Assembly: GCA_001627865.1 (NCBI GenBank)
Contig: LUQO01000041.1
Coordinates: 6,284 to 70,283 of the forward strand
Reading direction: 5' to 3'
From: SAR324 cluster bacterium REDSEA-S27_B3
GTDB taxonomy: Bacteria > SAR324 > NAC60-12
DNA: 64,000 nt
Position numbers and translations under genes: made by a program. The notes under the pieces were generated by a model. The model saw nothing but the letters and a program-made list of their open reading frames with translations. It was not told the origin of the DNA and made no database searches. Below, piece after piece: positions 31,574 through 40,387 of this stretch (positions are counted from its first letter, which is position 1; every line of letters starts with the position of its first letter).

Positions 31574-31930
31574 TCAGAAAATTTTTCCTGAATCGCGGGA
31601 TTTTATGAACAGTTCAATCAGGCTTCGATATTTTTTTTCAAGCTCTTCCTGTTCTTTAAATGATTGAATTTTTATAAGTTTTAGTTTTTCATCCTGCAAC
31701 TGAAATGTGGAAATATGACTTAGAATCCAGCCGTCTTTTGTTAATTCAACAAAAAACATTTTTTCAGATTCACCTTCAGTTTGCGCCTCATGGCTGAAAC
31801 GAACTACTATTTTTCCTCGCTGCTCACCTGTCCAATAATGAACAAAGCCGAGTTCCGGATGTTCAAAATCACCTTCTACCACACTGGGCCAGTTCTCTTT
31901 GATCTTCTCTTCTGAAATCTTATTCATCAA
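31574..31930 (-). CDS. Hypothetical protein (118 aa)
   Basis: Non-overlapping ORF 14 nt downstream of the 394-aa membrane protein gene. I recognise no motif. Confidence 0.45.
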   Translation of the reverse strand: MMNKISEEKIKENWPSVVEGDFEHPELGFVHYWTGEQRGKIVVRFSHEAQTEGESEKMFFVELTKDGWILSHISTFQLQDEKLKLIKIQSFKEQEELEKKYRSLIELFIKSRDSGKIF

Positions 31931-31944
31931 ATACTGAAAAATTC

Positions 31945-33129
31945 TTAGCCATAAAGTAATTTCCGGGCACTTAAACGTGTTTCAAAATCAGAAAATCTAT
32001 AAACTGCCCTGTCCATTAAATAATGTAAAAATCCTGTTGCTATTCCAATTCCCACTAATAATATGAACCAGTTAGAGTTTTCCAGCAATTCCATTAGGGA
32101 AGGGAAAAAAATCTCACTGTATCGTGTGCCGGCAGATGCTGCTTCAATTTCAAAAAACGGAGTAAGAATGACGGAGAGGGTGCAGAGTAAAAGCAGCACA
32201 ATCCAGGGGTTTCGAAATTTCACAGATGAAGTTATTTTCAGCAGACTTTTTTCTGCAGTCGTGTACTGGCTAATATCATTCCCTCCCATGTGGGTGGCCA
32301 AACCCAGAGCGGCCATCCAATGCTGAAGTGTCCAGAGCATTAAAAACTGAAACGGCTCAAACTGGAAAGCGCCTGTTACCATGATCCCCACACCCAGAAT
32401 ATATAATATCCGGGGAAGTCCTGACTTGTTTAGCCATGCGTTTCTAATCATGATCATGGTAATCGCGAGAACCAGCAAAGTTCCCAAACGCAGAATCAAG
32501 GGAATAACTTCATTTCCCCAATCCATCGACAGCAAAGGTAAAATCTGCTTTTCCTGCAAAAACGACGTCCCATGCAGAAGTTCCGCAATCAAAACCAATA
32601 AGAAGCCTGCTCCCCAGCAAAAGAAGCGGTCCTGCCGATTAGATGATGTGGCGGTTTCAGGATTCGATCTGTGATGAAAAAGCCTGAGCATTCCATAGTG
32701 TTGTGCCGCAAAATGATGCATTCCCCAGATGAAATCCAGCAGCAGCAGACCGAGAATACGTAATGGGACTGAAACCGGTAAAACCGTCTCAGGCATGAGC
32801 AGCACAACAATGACACTGATACCAAGGATTAGGGGAAAAAACACAAAACGCCAAGGCTGATTTGCACATACATTACGGTAAGCCCGAGTACCCCATGCCA
32901 GATAGAATGAGCTGAAACGATGTGCAATCCAGAAAAGAAACACTCCTGCAATGTAAAACATTTCAAGTGCAGGCTGGTGACTGAATGTAAAAAACAGCAA
33001 CCCCAGCCACACTCCGGAGTGCAGCCAGAATAAATCCCATGCAGGTGATCTTACCCAGCAGTCTGTGTTGAGCTTAATTGTTTTAAATGGAGGATAAGGG
33101 AGAATTTGTCGGAAAGGAGTGAATATCAT
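31945..33129 (-). CDS. Polytopic membrane protein of unknown function with clustered His motifs
   Basis: 394 aa with about 9-10 hydrophobic spans. His clusters: WIAHRFSS, WGMHHFAAQHYGMLRLFHHR, LQHWMAALGLATH. Confidence 0.6.
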   Translation of the reverse strand: MIFTPFRQILPYPPFKTIKLNTDCWVRSPAWDLFWLHSGVWLGLLFFTFSHQPALEMFYIAGVFLFWIAHRFSSFYLAWGTRAYRNVCANQPWRFVFFPLILGISVIVVLLMPETVLPVSVPLRILGLLLLDFIWGMHHFAAQHYGMLRLFHHRSNPETATSSNRQDRFFCWGAGFLLVLIAELLHGTSFLQEKQILPLLSMDWGNEVIPLILRLGTLLVLAITMIMIRNAWLNKSGLPRILYILGVGIMVTGAFQFEPFQFLMLWTLQHWMAALGLATHMGGNDISQYTTAEKSLLKITSSVKFRNPWIVLLLLCTLSVILTPFFEIEAASAGTRYSEIFFPSLMELLENSNWFILLVGIGIATGFLHYLMDRAVYRFSDFETRLSARKLLYG

Positions 33130-33324
33130 TAACTGATGAAAAGATTGGTGGTACTGTTTTACAGATTATTTTAGCGGCTTAATTTTCACATAATTTTCTG
33201 AAAGGCTCAAGCAAGGCGAAAATGTTTTCGTAAGGACAGCTTTTAACATTTTCATCAAAAATAACTTGCAGATGAGAGAAATATTCAACATGCTGTCACT
33301 CAGTTTTTTTCATAGGAAAGAAAA

Positions 33325-33759
33325 ATGCCAAATTATTTTGCTTACGGATCAAATATGAGCGCCCAGCGTATGAGGGTAAGACTTGGGTGGTCTCCATTTC
33401 GCTATGGAGTAATCCTGAAGGATTACGTGATGATCTTTAACAAACAATCCAATGATGGAGGGAAAGCGAACATTCAGTATTCTCCCGGACACAAAGTGGA
33501 AGGCATAATTTATCATGTTTATGAGGATGATCTGTTGAAACTAGACCATTTCGAAGGTGTAGCAGACAGTCATTACAAACGTCAGCAAATAAAAGTACAT
33601 AATGGTAATGCAAGTGCCATTTCCGCAATAACCTACATAGCGCTTAAAACAGGAGCTGTTTCTGCTCCTACAGAGGAATACTTGAATCACATTCTTGAAG
33701 GTAAGGAATTCCTCAGTCCTGCATATTTTGCAAATTTGGCAGCAACAGAAACAATATAA
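33325..33759 (+). CDS. Gamma-glutamylcyclotransferase-like (AIG2/GGACT family) protein
   Basis: N-terminal YFAYGSNM motif, then LDHFEG. 144 aa. Confidence 0.75.
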   Translation: MPNYFAYGSNMSAQRMRVRLGWSPFRYGVILKDYVMIFNKQSNDGGKANIQYSPGHKVEGIIYHVYEDDLLKLDHFEGVADSHYKRQQIKVHNGNASAISAITYIALKTGAVSAPTEEYLNHILEGKEFLSPAYFANLAATETI

Positions 33760-33777
33760 CTGCATTCCTGAAAATAA

Positions 33778-34785
33778 ATGTCTATCACAGTTCCTGAAGA
33801 TATTTCTTTTGATCAGGACGGAAAATACATCTCCTGCCTGAAAATACCGCACTCCACCAACACTTCCGGTTGGGGTTCGTTATTGATGCCTTTAGTTGTC
33901 ATCCGTAATGGTAAGGGTAAGACAGTTCTCTTTATCGGAGGTAATCATGGCGACGAATACGAAGGACCGATTGCCTTGCGGAAACTGGCAAATGAACTCA
34001 ATCCGCAGGATATACAGGGACAGGTAATCATTGTGCCTTATCTGAATTTTCCGGCGGTTCTGGAGGGCAAAAGATTATCTCCGGTGGATGATCTGAATAT
34101 GAACAGATCATTCCCGGGAGATGCAAACGGCTCAATGACTTTGAAGATTGCTGACTTTGTTTATCAGGAACTGGTGATGAGAAGTGACGTGGTAGTGGAT
34201 TTACATTCCGGAGGAAGTTCCATGATTTTTGAGCCTTGCGCGGTGATACATCACCTGGATGATTTGCAGCAGATGAAGGAAACAGTTTCCGCCGCACGCA
34301 GTTTTGGCGCACCGGTCAGTCTTGTGCTTCGAGAGCTTGACAGTCAAGGCATGCTGGATACTGTTGTGGAGGAGTCCGGAAAAATATTCGTTTCCACGGA
34401 ACTCGGCGGCGGCGGATTTGTATCACCGCGAACGCTCTGCATTGCTGAAAATGGAATCAGGAACATTCTCAGCCATTTTGAAATCCTGCCCATGAATGAT
34501 GAAACAGCTCCGGGAACTCGTTTTATGGAAACACCTGATTCAGGAGGCTACCTGATGGCGCCCTGCGAAGGACTGTATGAACCGTTGATTGAACTGGGAG
34601 AGAATGTCAAAAAAGGTCAGCTGATCGGCCGTATACACAGTTTGACTGAAATTGACTCCCCAACAGTTGAAATTCATTCTCAAATCGAAGGTATGCTTGT
34701 CACTCGTGCTGGACGCGCCCCTGTCAGACACTGGGACACTATTGCAGTAATTGCCACTGATTTTGATGTTTCAGTATATGAGTAA
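33778..34785 (+). CDS. Succinylglutamate desuccinylase/aspartoacylase-family zinc deacylase (DoeB-like)
   Basis: 335 aa. GGNHGDEYEG zinc motif, then DLHSGG. It starts 18 nt after the GGCT-like gene. Confidence 0.72.
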   Translation: MSITVPEDISFDQDGKYISCLKIPHSTNTSGWGSLLMPLVVIRNGKGKTVLFIGGNHGDEYEGPIALRKLANELNPQDIQGQVIIVPYLNFPAVLEGKRLSPVDDLNMNRSFPGDANGSMTLKIADFVYQELVMRSDVVVDLHSGGSSMIFEPCAVIHHLDDLQQMKETVSAARSFGAPVSLVLRELDSQGMLDTVVEESGKIFVSTELGGGGFVSPRTLCIAENGIRNILSHFEILPMNDETAPGTRFMETPDSGGYLMAPCEGLYEPLIELGENVKKGQLIGRIHSLTEIDSPTVEIHSQIEGMLVTRAGRAPVRHWDTIAVIATDFDVSVYE

Positions 34786-34803
34786 AGGACTGTTGATGCT
34801 TAT

Positions 34804-35193
34804 CTACTGAAAGCGGTCAGGATGATAAGACTGCTCCCATTCACAGCGTTTATCCCAGTCATTGCGTGAAGCGCATGGAATGGGAAGAGGACGGTAATTA
34901 CAGTAATAGTTCTCTCCTTCGGGAAGTCCTGAAGCAAGCGGTACTTTGTAAGTACGACCGTCCGCAAAAGTTGCCCAGAATCCCCATGATGTTGTCCTCA
35001 ATCTGTTAAGCTTAACTTTTCGTGACGGTGAAATGTGCTGATAATATGGTTCGGTAAAAACCAGTGCACATAGTTCCATTACTCGCTGCTGACTACCTGT
35101 GGGATAACTATAATTGGTGTCCGTACTGCTGCAACCGATGCTGAAAAGCATTAACAAAACGCTTCCCAATAAATTATTTTTTATTGCCGTCAT
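34804..35193 (-). CDS. Putative lipoprotein (129 aa), Cys/Trp/Tyr-rich
   Basis: Signal peptide with lipobox LFSIGC. No recognisable domain. Confidence 0.5.
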   Translation of the reverse strand: MTAIKNNLLGSVLLMLFSIGCSSTDTNYSYPTGSQQRVMELCALVFTEPYYQHISPSRKVKLNRLRTTSWGFWATFADGRTYKVPLASGLPEGENYYCNYRPLPIPCASRNDWDKRCEWEQSYHPDRFQ

Positions 35194-35313
35194 TATCTGA
35201 AAGTTAAAATAATTAATAATCTATTTATTCTCATTAATATCAATGTTTTATATGCATTAATGACAAATCAATATGCTTACAATCACTTTGGAGTCATACA
35301 AAATGCATACAAA

Positions 35314-36014
35314 TTAATCTTCTTTGTTTTTTGCTGAGAGTAGTCCGGTTACAGCAACCGGGGCAAGCACGTTGAACTGTATAATATTTTTCAGTTCAGG
35401 GTGAGTATTGACATATTTGCGGATGCGTTTTGCAACCTTTGGCGCGACGGTTTTGAGGTAGTTTGGGTCAACCATGTAGGCTCGGATTGCCTCAGCAAAA
35501 AGTTCTCTAGGGGCTTTCTTTTTTGGATAACCCCCCATCAACTCGTGTTCCGGAGGCAAAATGTCTTTTGGCCGAACCTTACCTTGACCAAACAGGGGAT
35601 TATTAAAATCATTATAGATTTTTAGCAGGTCTTTTTTATCCCCTTTGTAGATATTTGCCCCGCCACTTCATCTATAATGTGTGCTGCTTCATGGGCTAAA
35701 ACAGTAGGGACATCATCTAGGGGGACATCATCAGCAATTCTTATTCTCCAACCAAGATTTTCTGCACCATGAGCGAGTGCTTGACGTTCCCTTTCAGCAG
35801 GGTCTTTTATTTTCTCAATTCTGGCTTTGGTCTTAATGTCGGGATATTTCCAAAGCTGGTCTACCTTGCCTGAACTTCCGCCTAATAAGGATCGTGGTAC
35901 GCGATCAATTCTTCCGGCCAAGGAAGAGGCGGCTGATTTGATATCCACTTTAGAAAGTCCTTTGCCCACTCCGCCCTGGCTTTTGCGTCGTCGTCCTGCC
36001 AGGGATCTTGGCAT
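35314..36014 (-). pseudogene. HExxH zincin-like protein split into two frames at an A6 run. It is either a frameshifted pseudogene or a -1 frameshift gene.
   Basis: ORF 35622-36014 (...VLAHEAAHIIDEVAGQISTKGIKKTC*) and ORF 35314-35559 are in different frames. The downstream frame stays open upstream to 35667 and joins at ATA AAA AAG (35639-35631). A third overlapping frame (35882-36175) hints at further decay. Confidence 0.5.
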
Positions 36015-36234
36015 GATTGGGTCTCCTTCAATGGTTTCGAGGAGTCTTCCTTCTGAGTCGGTTTTTGGGCTTTTGGGGTAGTCTTCATGGAATGCTCTCT
36101 GGGGATAAAGGTTGGGGTCAGGATTTGCTGGAATTCCTTTAGAATTATACTCTGAATGGGGTAACAGATGGACAAATAATTTGCGTTTAATTACACCTGA
36201 CCCTTATTGTCCGTTGATAATAATGAGGTATGTT

Positions 36235-36319
36235 TGGTGCGAGAAGGGGGACTCGAACCCCCACACCTTGCGGCACAAGATCCTAAATCTTGCGTGTCTA
36301 CCAGTTCCACCACTCTCGC
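36235..36319 (-). tRNA. tRNA-Leu (anticodon UAG)
   Basis: Reverse complement: GCGAGAG-TG-GTG-GAACTGGTAGA-CAC-G-CAAGA-TTTAGGA-TCTTG-TGCCGCAAGGTGT-GGGGG-TTCGAGT-CCCCC-TTCTCGC-ACCA. It folds as a cloverleaf with a long variable arm and an encoded CCA. Confidence 0.95.
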
Positions 36320-36371
36320 AGTCATTACATGATAACACTTTGTCATGAAAAAGTCGATTTATTCCCTGCTT

Positions 36372-36797
36372 TCAATCATTATTGGTAGAACGATTCTGGA
36401 TGCTGAACTGGTATTGCATTTTCACTTTTTCTTTTCCGGAATTGCCCCACATCAAACAGTAATAAGCCCTCTTTTCCGGTTTAAAAGTATGCTCAAGTTC
36501 AGCGACTGAATCTTCCTTCAGCGCGAATAATTTATCACCCTGATCATGATAGTGGAGGTTAAATGAAACCAGATCCTCTGAACTGAAACTGTATTTGAGC
36601 TGCTGAGTTCCTTTGATATCAAGACACTTTTCAAAATATCGTTTCGGTGGAAGAGTAATCGCAACTTTTTCCTCGGTTTTATCAGACAAATTGTGCGGCA
36701 TCATCCCGTCATTCTTTTTCTCTACCCAGATAGTGAAAAAATAGAGAATTAAACCGGCAATTGAAAACGAGATTGCATAGCGTTTGAAAACATCCAT
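36372..36797 (-). CDS. Hypothetical membrane-anchored protein (141 aa)
   Basis: N-terminal TM segment (AISFSIAGLILYFFTIW). No recognised motif. Confidence 0.45.
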   Translation of the reverse strand: MDVFKRYAISFSIAGLILYFFTIWVEKKNDGMMPHNLSDKTEEKVAITLPPKRYFEKCLDIKGTQQLKYSFSSEDLVSFNLHYHDQGDKLFALKEDSVAELEHTFKPEKRAYYCLMWGNSGKEKVKMQYQFSIQNRSTNND

Positions 36798-36871
36798 TAA
36801 GGGTCATTATTAGAGAGAAGAGGAGAAAATTCCGGAGCAGTGTTTAACAGGCCGCTGAGGATCCAGTAAAA

Positions 36872-37468
36872 TTATAGCGGATTTTTGCTTAAAAAGTCAT
36901 CGATAAACATATCAAGGCGTGTCTCAACCTTGTTTTCAACAACTATATCTGAATACTGTTTTGTGGGCTTAATATATTCAAAAAAAACCGGGCGAACAAA
37001 CCTGAGAAATTGATGCAGACTGTATTCAGCGGTTACATCGTAGTCGTTGATGTCTCTAATGCACCTGCGGCAGACTGCAACATCCAGAGGTGACTCCATG
37101 TAAAAAGAAAATGAAAGCAATTCTCTGATTGTTGGATAAAGCAAAACATGCAGTCCTTCTATTATCAAAAATTCCTGAGGAGCAATATCTGTAAAACAAG
37201 ATTCTCGCTTTCCGGTTTCATAGCCAAAATGAGGCATTTGCACTGACTCACCTGAGTGCAGCAATTCTAAATGCTGATGGAAAAGATCAAAATCGAATGC
37301 CTGGGGGGAGTCAAAATCATATTGGTCATTTGGAATATGATCCGGTCGATCCTTGTAGTAACAGTCCAGGGGGAGCACCGCGGTTTTATCAGGCAAGCGC
37401 TCCACAAGTAATTTGGTAAAAAGTGTCTTTCCGCATCCGGAGCCGCCGGTAACGGCAATTATTTTCAC
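36872..37468 (-). CDS. udk: Uridine kinase/PRK-family P-loop nucleoside kinase
   Basis: P-loop IAVTGGSGCGKTLF, LPLDCYY and FLIIEGLH. The GTG start overlaps the upstream stop as GTGA. Confidence 0.65.
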   Translation of the reverse strand: MKIIAVTGGSGCGKTLFTKLLVERLPDKTAVLPLDCYYKDRPDHIPNDQYDFDSPQAFDFDLFHQHLELLHSGESVQMPHFGYETGKRESCFTDIAPQEFLIIEGLHVLLYPTIRELLSFSFYMESPLDVAVCRRCIRDINDYDVTAEYSLHQFLRFVRPVFFEYIKPTKQYSDIVVENKVETRLDMFIDDFLSKNPL

Positions 37469-37905
37469 TTTTCTTCCGCCCCCACAAATATGCTTTTATC
37501 TTTTAAAGCATCTAACTTACGGGTTTCACCGCTTTCCAATTCATCGGCAATATCCATCACAGTTAAATATCGTTCTAGAGGGATAAATTTCTTTTTGGCA
37601 AGCGCTTCTTTTTTCTGACGCAGCTTTTCCTGTTCCAGAAAGTCCCAGACATGGATAAGCTTCCCTTCGCGTGTTACGCTGATTTCCCGTATTTCCTTTT
37701 CTGAAAATCCTGATTTCATTGCCGCGTCAAGCAGAGCCTGCATTTCATTCACAAATTTCTGTCTTTCTCTTTCGGCCTTAACTGCTTTTTCATCCTGCTC
37801 AGCATAACTTTGAGCAAAAATTTGTTGATTGGTCATAACCGGAAGATTCCAGACGAAGAATCCTCCAAGCAAAAAAAGCAGAAACAGAATTCGATGCATC
37901 AGCAT
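37465..37905 (-). CDS. Hypothetical secreted coiled-coil protein (146 aa)
   Basis: N-terminal signal-like segment; the remainder is Lys/Glu-rich. Confidence 0.45.
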   Translation of the reverse strand: MLMHRILFLLFLLGGFFVWNLPVMTNQQIFAQSYAEQDEKAVKAERERQKFVNEMQALLDAAMKSGFSEKEIREISVTREGKLIHVWDFLEQEKLRQKKEALAKKKFIPLERYLTVMDIADELESGETRKLDALKDKSIFVGAEEK

Positions 37906-37941
37906 TTTGTTGAGTATGAATTATGCATTATCGTAAAAAGT

Positions 37942-38019
37942 TGTCTTTCCCGCGAAAGCCGGGAGCCAGAAACTTGTAAGTGTCTGAAATAATGGATTCC
38001 CGCTTTCGCGGGAATGACA
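37942..38019. repeat. Inverted pair of REP-like elements (family GTCATTCCCGC...GCGGGAATGAC)
   Basis: tgtctttcccgcgaaagccgggagcc (37942-37967) and ggattcccgctttcgcgggaatgaca (37994-38019) face each other in opposite orientation across a 26-nt spacer. Confidence 0.6.
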
Positions 38020-38219
38020 AACGAGATTGTAATTTTGAGATTTTAGGTATGCATTCTGTCTTTTAGCCTCTCTACAAAGTATGGTAAGCCAACATATGAA
38101 AGTAATTATGCAAGCCTTGAGCAAAATCTATCCTGTGTTTACGGTCACAATTGAAAATTACAGTTAGTCTTTCACTTGATCAGATTTTAATGCCTGTAAC
38201 CATTTTATAATATTTTTCA

Positions 38220-38801
38220 GTGATTCCAAAATCAGCAATCGTTCAATTCAGTATATTCCTGCTGCTCCTGCTGCCAATTATGATCGGAGCATGTACAAAT
38301 GATGTACAAATCCGCAAATCAGCATTGCGTTACTTTAATGACGGCAACTCTGCATTGAAACATCGGGATTATCAGGCCGCAATCTGGAACTATCAGAAGG
38401 CAATCAGTTTAGACAGTGAATCTCCGAATTTTCATTACAACCTGGGTTTAACCTACTACGAAATAGGCAACTACCAGGAATCAATTGATTCCTTCAAACG
38501 TGTTGAAATGCTTGTCCCAAACCAATCAGACACATATTACAACCTGGCGCTTGCCTACAATAAAGTTTCTGACAGCCGCATGGCAGATATTTATTACAAT
38601 CGCTACCAGGATATGCTGAGCTTGAGAAAGGCTCAGCAAAGGCTGGAGGAAGTCAGGAAGGAGCAGGAAAGAGAAGCAAAAATTTCTGCGTCTGAATCCA
38701 AAAAGAATGTGCTGAAAAGAAGCACACCGGTTTCCTCAAAAAAATCCCGCCCTAATAAAAAGTCAAAAAAAGGAAAATCCGAAATCCCCAAATGGGAATA
38801 A
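38220..38801 (+). CDS. TPR-repeat lipoprotein
   Basis: Lipobox IMIGAC, three TPR-like units (AIWNYQKAISLD, YNLGLTYYEIGNYQESI, YYNLALAY) and a basic C-terminal tail. GTG start. Confidence 0.65.
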   Translation: MIPKSAIVQFSIFLLLLLPIMIGACTNDVQIRKSALRYFNDGNSALKHRDYQAAIWNYQKAISLDSESPNFHYNLGLTYYEIGNYQESIDSFKRVEMLVPNQSDTYYNLALAYNKVSDSRMADIYYNRYQDMLSLRKAQQRLEEVRKEQEREAKISASESKKNVLKRSTPVSSKKSRPNKKSKKGKSEIPKWE

Positions 38802-38997
38802 ATATTAAAATCAGGTACACTCCTGCATTTCTTTAACACATTCTGCTGAAAGTCACTGCAGAAATTTCTACTGCTGAACCATATTTCATTATTGCCCCCT
38901 GCACGCACCACAGAATCCTTGAGTCTTTGAGAATGAAAAGCTACCATTGAAACGGCTTCATTCATGTCCTTCCATAACTTAATAAAGTAAGCATTAA

Positions 38998-40197
38998 ATG
39001 AGTTTGACGCAGCAAAAGTATCTACATCAATTTGACCTGAAATATGGCTGTAATCCTCATCAAAAACCTGCGGCGATACACTCACTTGCTGATCACGGAT
39101 TGCCTTTCAAAGTGCTGAATGGTCAACCCGGTTACATCAATTTAATGGATGCTCTCAACGCCTGGCTGCTGGTGCATGAGCTTGACCAGGTTCTGGAGCT
39201 TCCTTCAGCAGCATCATTCAAGCATGTAAGTCCGGCAGGAGCAGCAGTCAGTGTGCCGCTGGATGATACTTTGGCTGATGTTTACGGCTGTAAAAACCAG
39301 GACCTTTCACCACTTGCCACAGCATACATCAGAGCGCGTGGGGCAGATCCTTTATCGTCTTTTGGTGATTTTATCGCACTCAGCAGAAAAGTTGATGTTT
39401 ACACTGCCGATGTTATCCGGAAAACGGTGTCTGACGGAATTATTGCACCCGGATATGAAGATGACGCTTTCAAATTGATCAAGGAAAAGAAGGCGGGTAA
39501 ATATGTTATTTTACAGGCTGATCCAGAATATGAGGCTCACGAACTTGAATACAGGGAGATTGGCGGAGTAGTCTTTTCTCAATTGAGGAACACTATTCAA
39601 ATTAATCAGAAATCGCTGTTATCGAAAATCGTAACCAAAACAAAAGAGATTCCTGCAGAGGCAGTACGCGATTTGATCCTGGCTTCAATTACACTTAAAT
39701 ATACTCAGTCTAATTCAGTAGGCTATGCCCTGGATGGACAGATGATAGGCATTGGCGCGGGACAGCAAAGCCGTGTTGACTGCACAAAACTGGCTGGACG
39801 AAAAGCTGAAACATGGTTTTTTAGGCAGCATCCTCAAGTTATGCAGCTTCCATTTCAGGAAAATATCAGCAACGTTGAACGAACGAATGCCCGCATTATG
39901 TATATAGAAGGCGGAATGACAGCACCGGAACTGAGGGCCTGGCAAAAACTGTTTTCTTCTCAGGTAGAATTACTTTCAACAGAAGAAAAAGGGCAATGGC
40001 TTTCCGAACTCAATGGAGTCAGTTTGTCTTCAGACGCTTTTTTCCCGTTTCGTGACAACATTGACCAGGCATCTAAACGAGGAGTAAGTTTTATTGCTCA
40101 GCCTGGAGGAAGCAGCCGAGACGAAGAGGTAATTGCCGCGGCAGATGAATACGGAATGGTGATGTCTTTCTCCGGAATACGTCTCTTTCATCATTGA
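38998..40197 (+). CDS. purH: AICAR formyltransferase-domain protein (PurH-like, without the IMP cyclohydrolase/MGS domain)
   Basis: 399 aa. LKYGCNPHQ, FKHVSPAG, GIGAGQQSRVD, and a C-terminal FIAQPGGSSRD. Confidence 0.78.
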   Translation: MSLTQQKYLHQFDLKYGCNPHQKPAAIHSLADHGLPFKVLNGQPGYINLMDALNAWLLVHELDQVLELPSAASFKHVSPAGAAVSVPLDDTLADVYGCKNQDLSPLATAYIRARGADPLSSFGDFIALSRKVDVYTADVIRKTVSDGIIAPGYEDDAFKLIKEKKAGKYVILQADPEYEAHELEYREIGGVVFSQLRNTIQINQKSLLSKIVTKTKEIPAEAVRDLILASITLKYTQSNSVGYALDGQMIGIGAGQQSRVDCTKLAGRKAETWFFRQHPQVMQLPFQENISNVERTNARIMYIEGGMTAPELRAWQKLFSSQVELLSTEEKGQWLSELNGVSLSSDAFFPFRDNIDQASKRGVSFIAQPGGSSRDEEVIAAADEYGMVMSFSGIRLFHH

Positions 40198-40317
40198 ACT
40201 TTTTTCGGGATTTCAGTTTCTTGACTAATACTGGAATCTTAATTTCATTCAGCATGAACAACATATATTTGCTTAAAATTGATGACGATATGATAAGTCA
40301 ATATATCTACCTTGTAT

Positions 40318-40343
40318 GTCATTCCCGCTTTCGTGTTAATGAC
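40318..40343. repeat. REP-like palindromic element, degenerate copy
   Basis: gtcattcccgctttcgtgttaatgac. The left arm is identical to the family; the right arm is diverged. Confidence 0.5.
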
Positions 40344-40387
40344 ATGTTTTATTATATTTCATCAATCTTGATAAATATTTTTCAATA

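Noticed and set aside
36015-36234. An att-like duplicate of the tRNA-Leu 3-prime end that would delimit an integrated element.
   Set aside because: A visual search of 34.7-36.2 kb found no copy of the tRNA 3-prime arm sequence, and no integrase gene is present.
37921-38124. A 67-aa ORF in the 37.9-38.2 kb gap.
   Set aside because: It reads through the REP-like palindromes (...CHSRESGNP...), which is a known type of annotation artefact.
38633-39085. A 150-aa minus-strand ORF spanning the TPR-purH intergenic gap.
   Set aside because: Both of its ends overlap well-supported plus-strand genes by 90-170 nt, and there is no motif. It is probably a chance ORF in AT-rich DNA.
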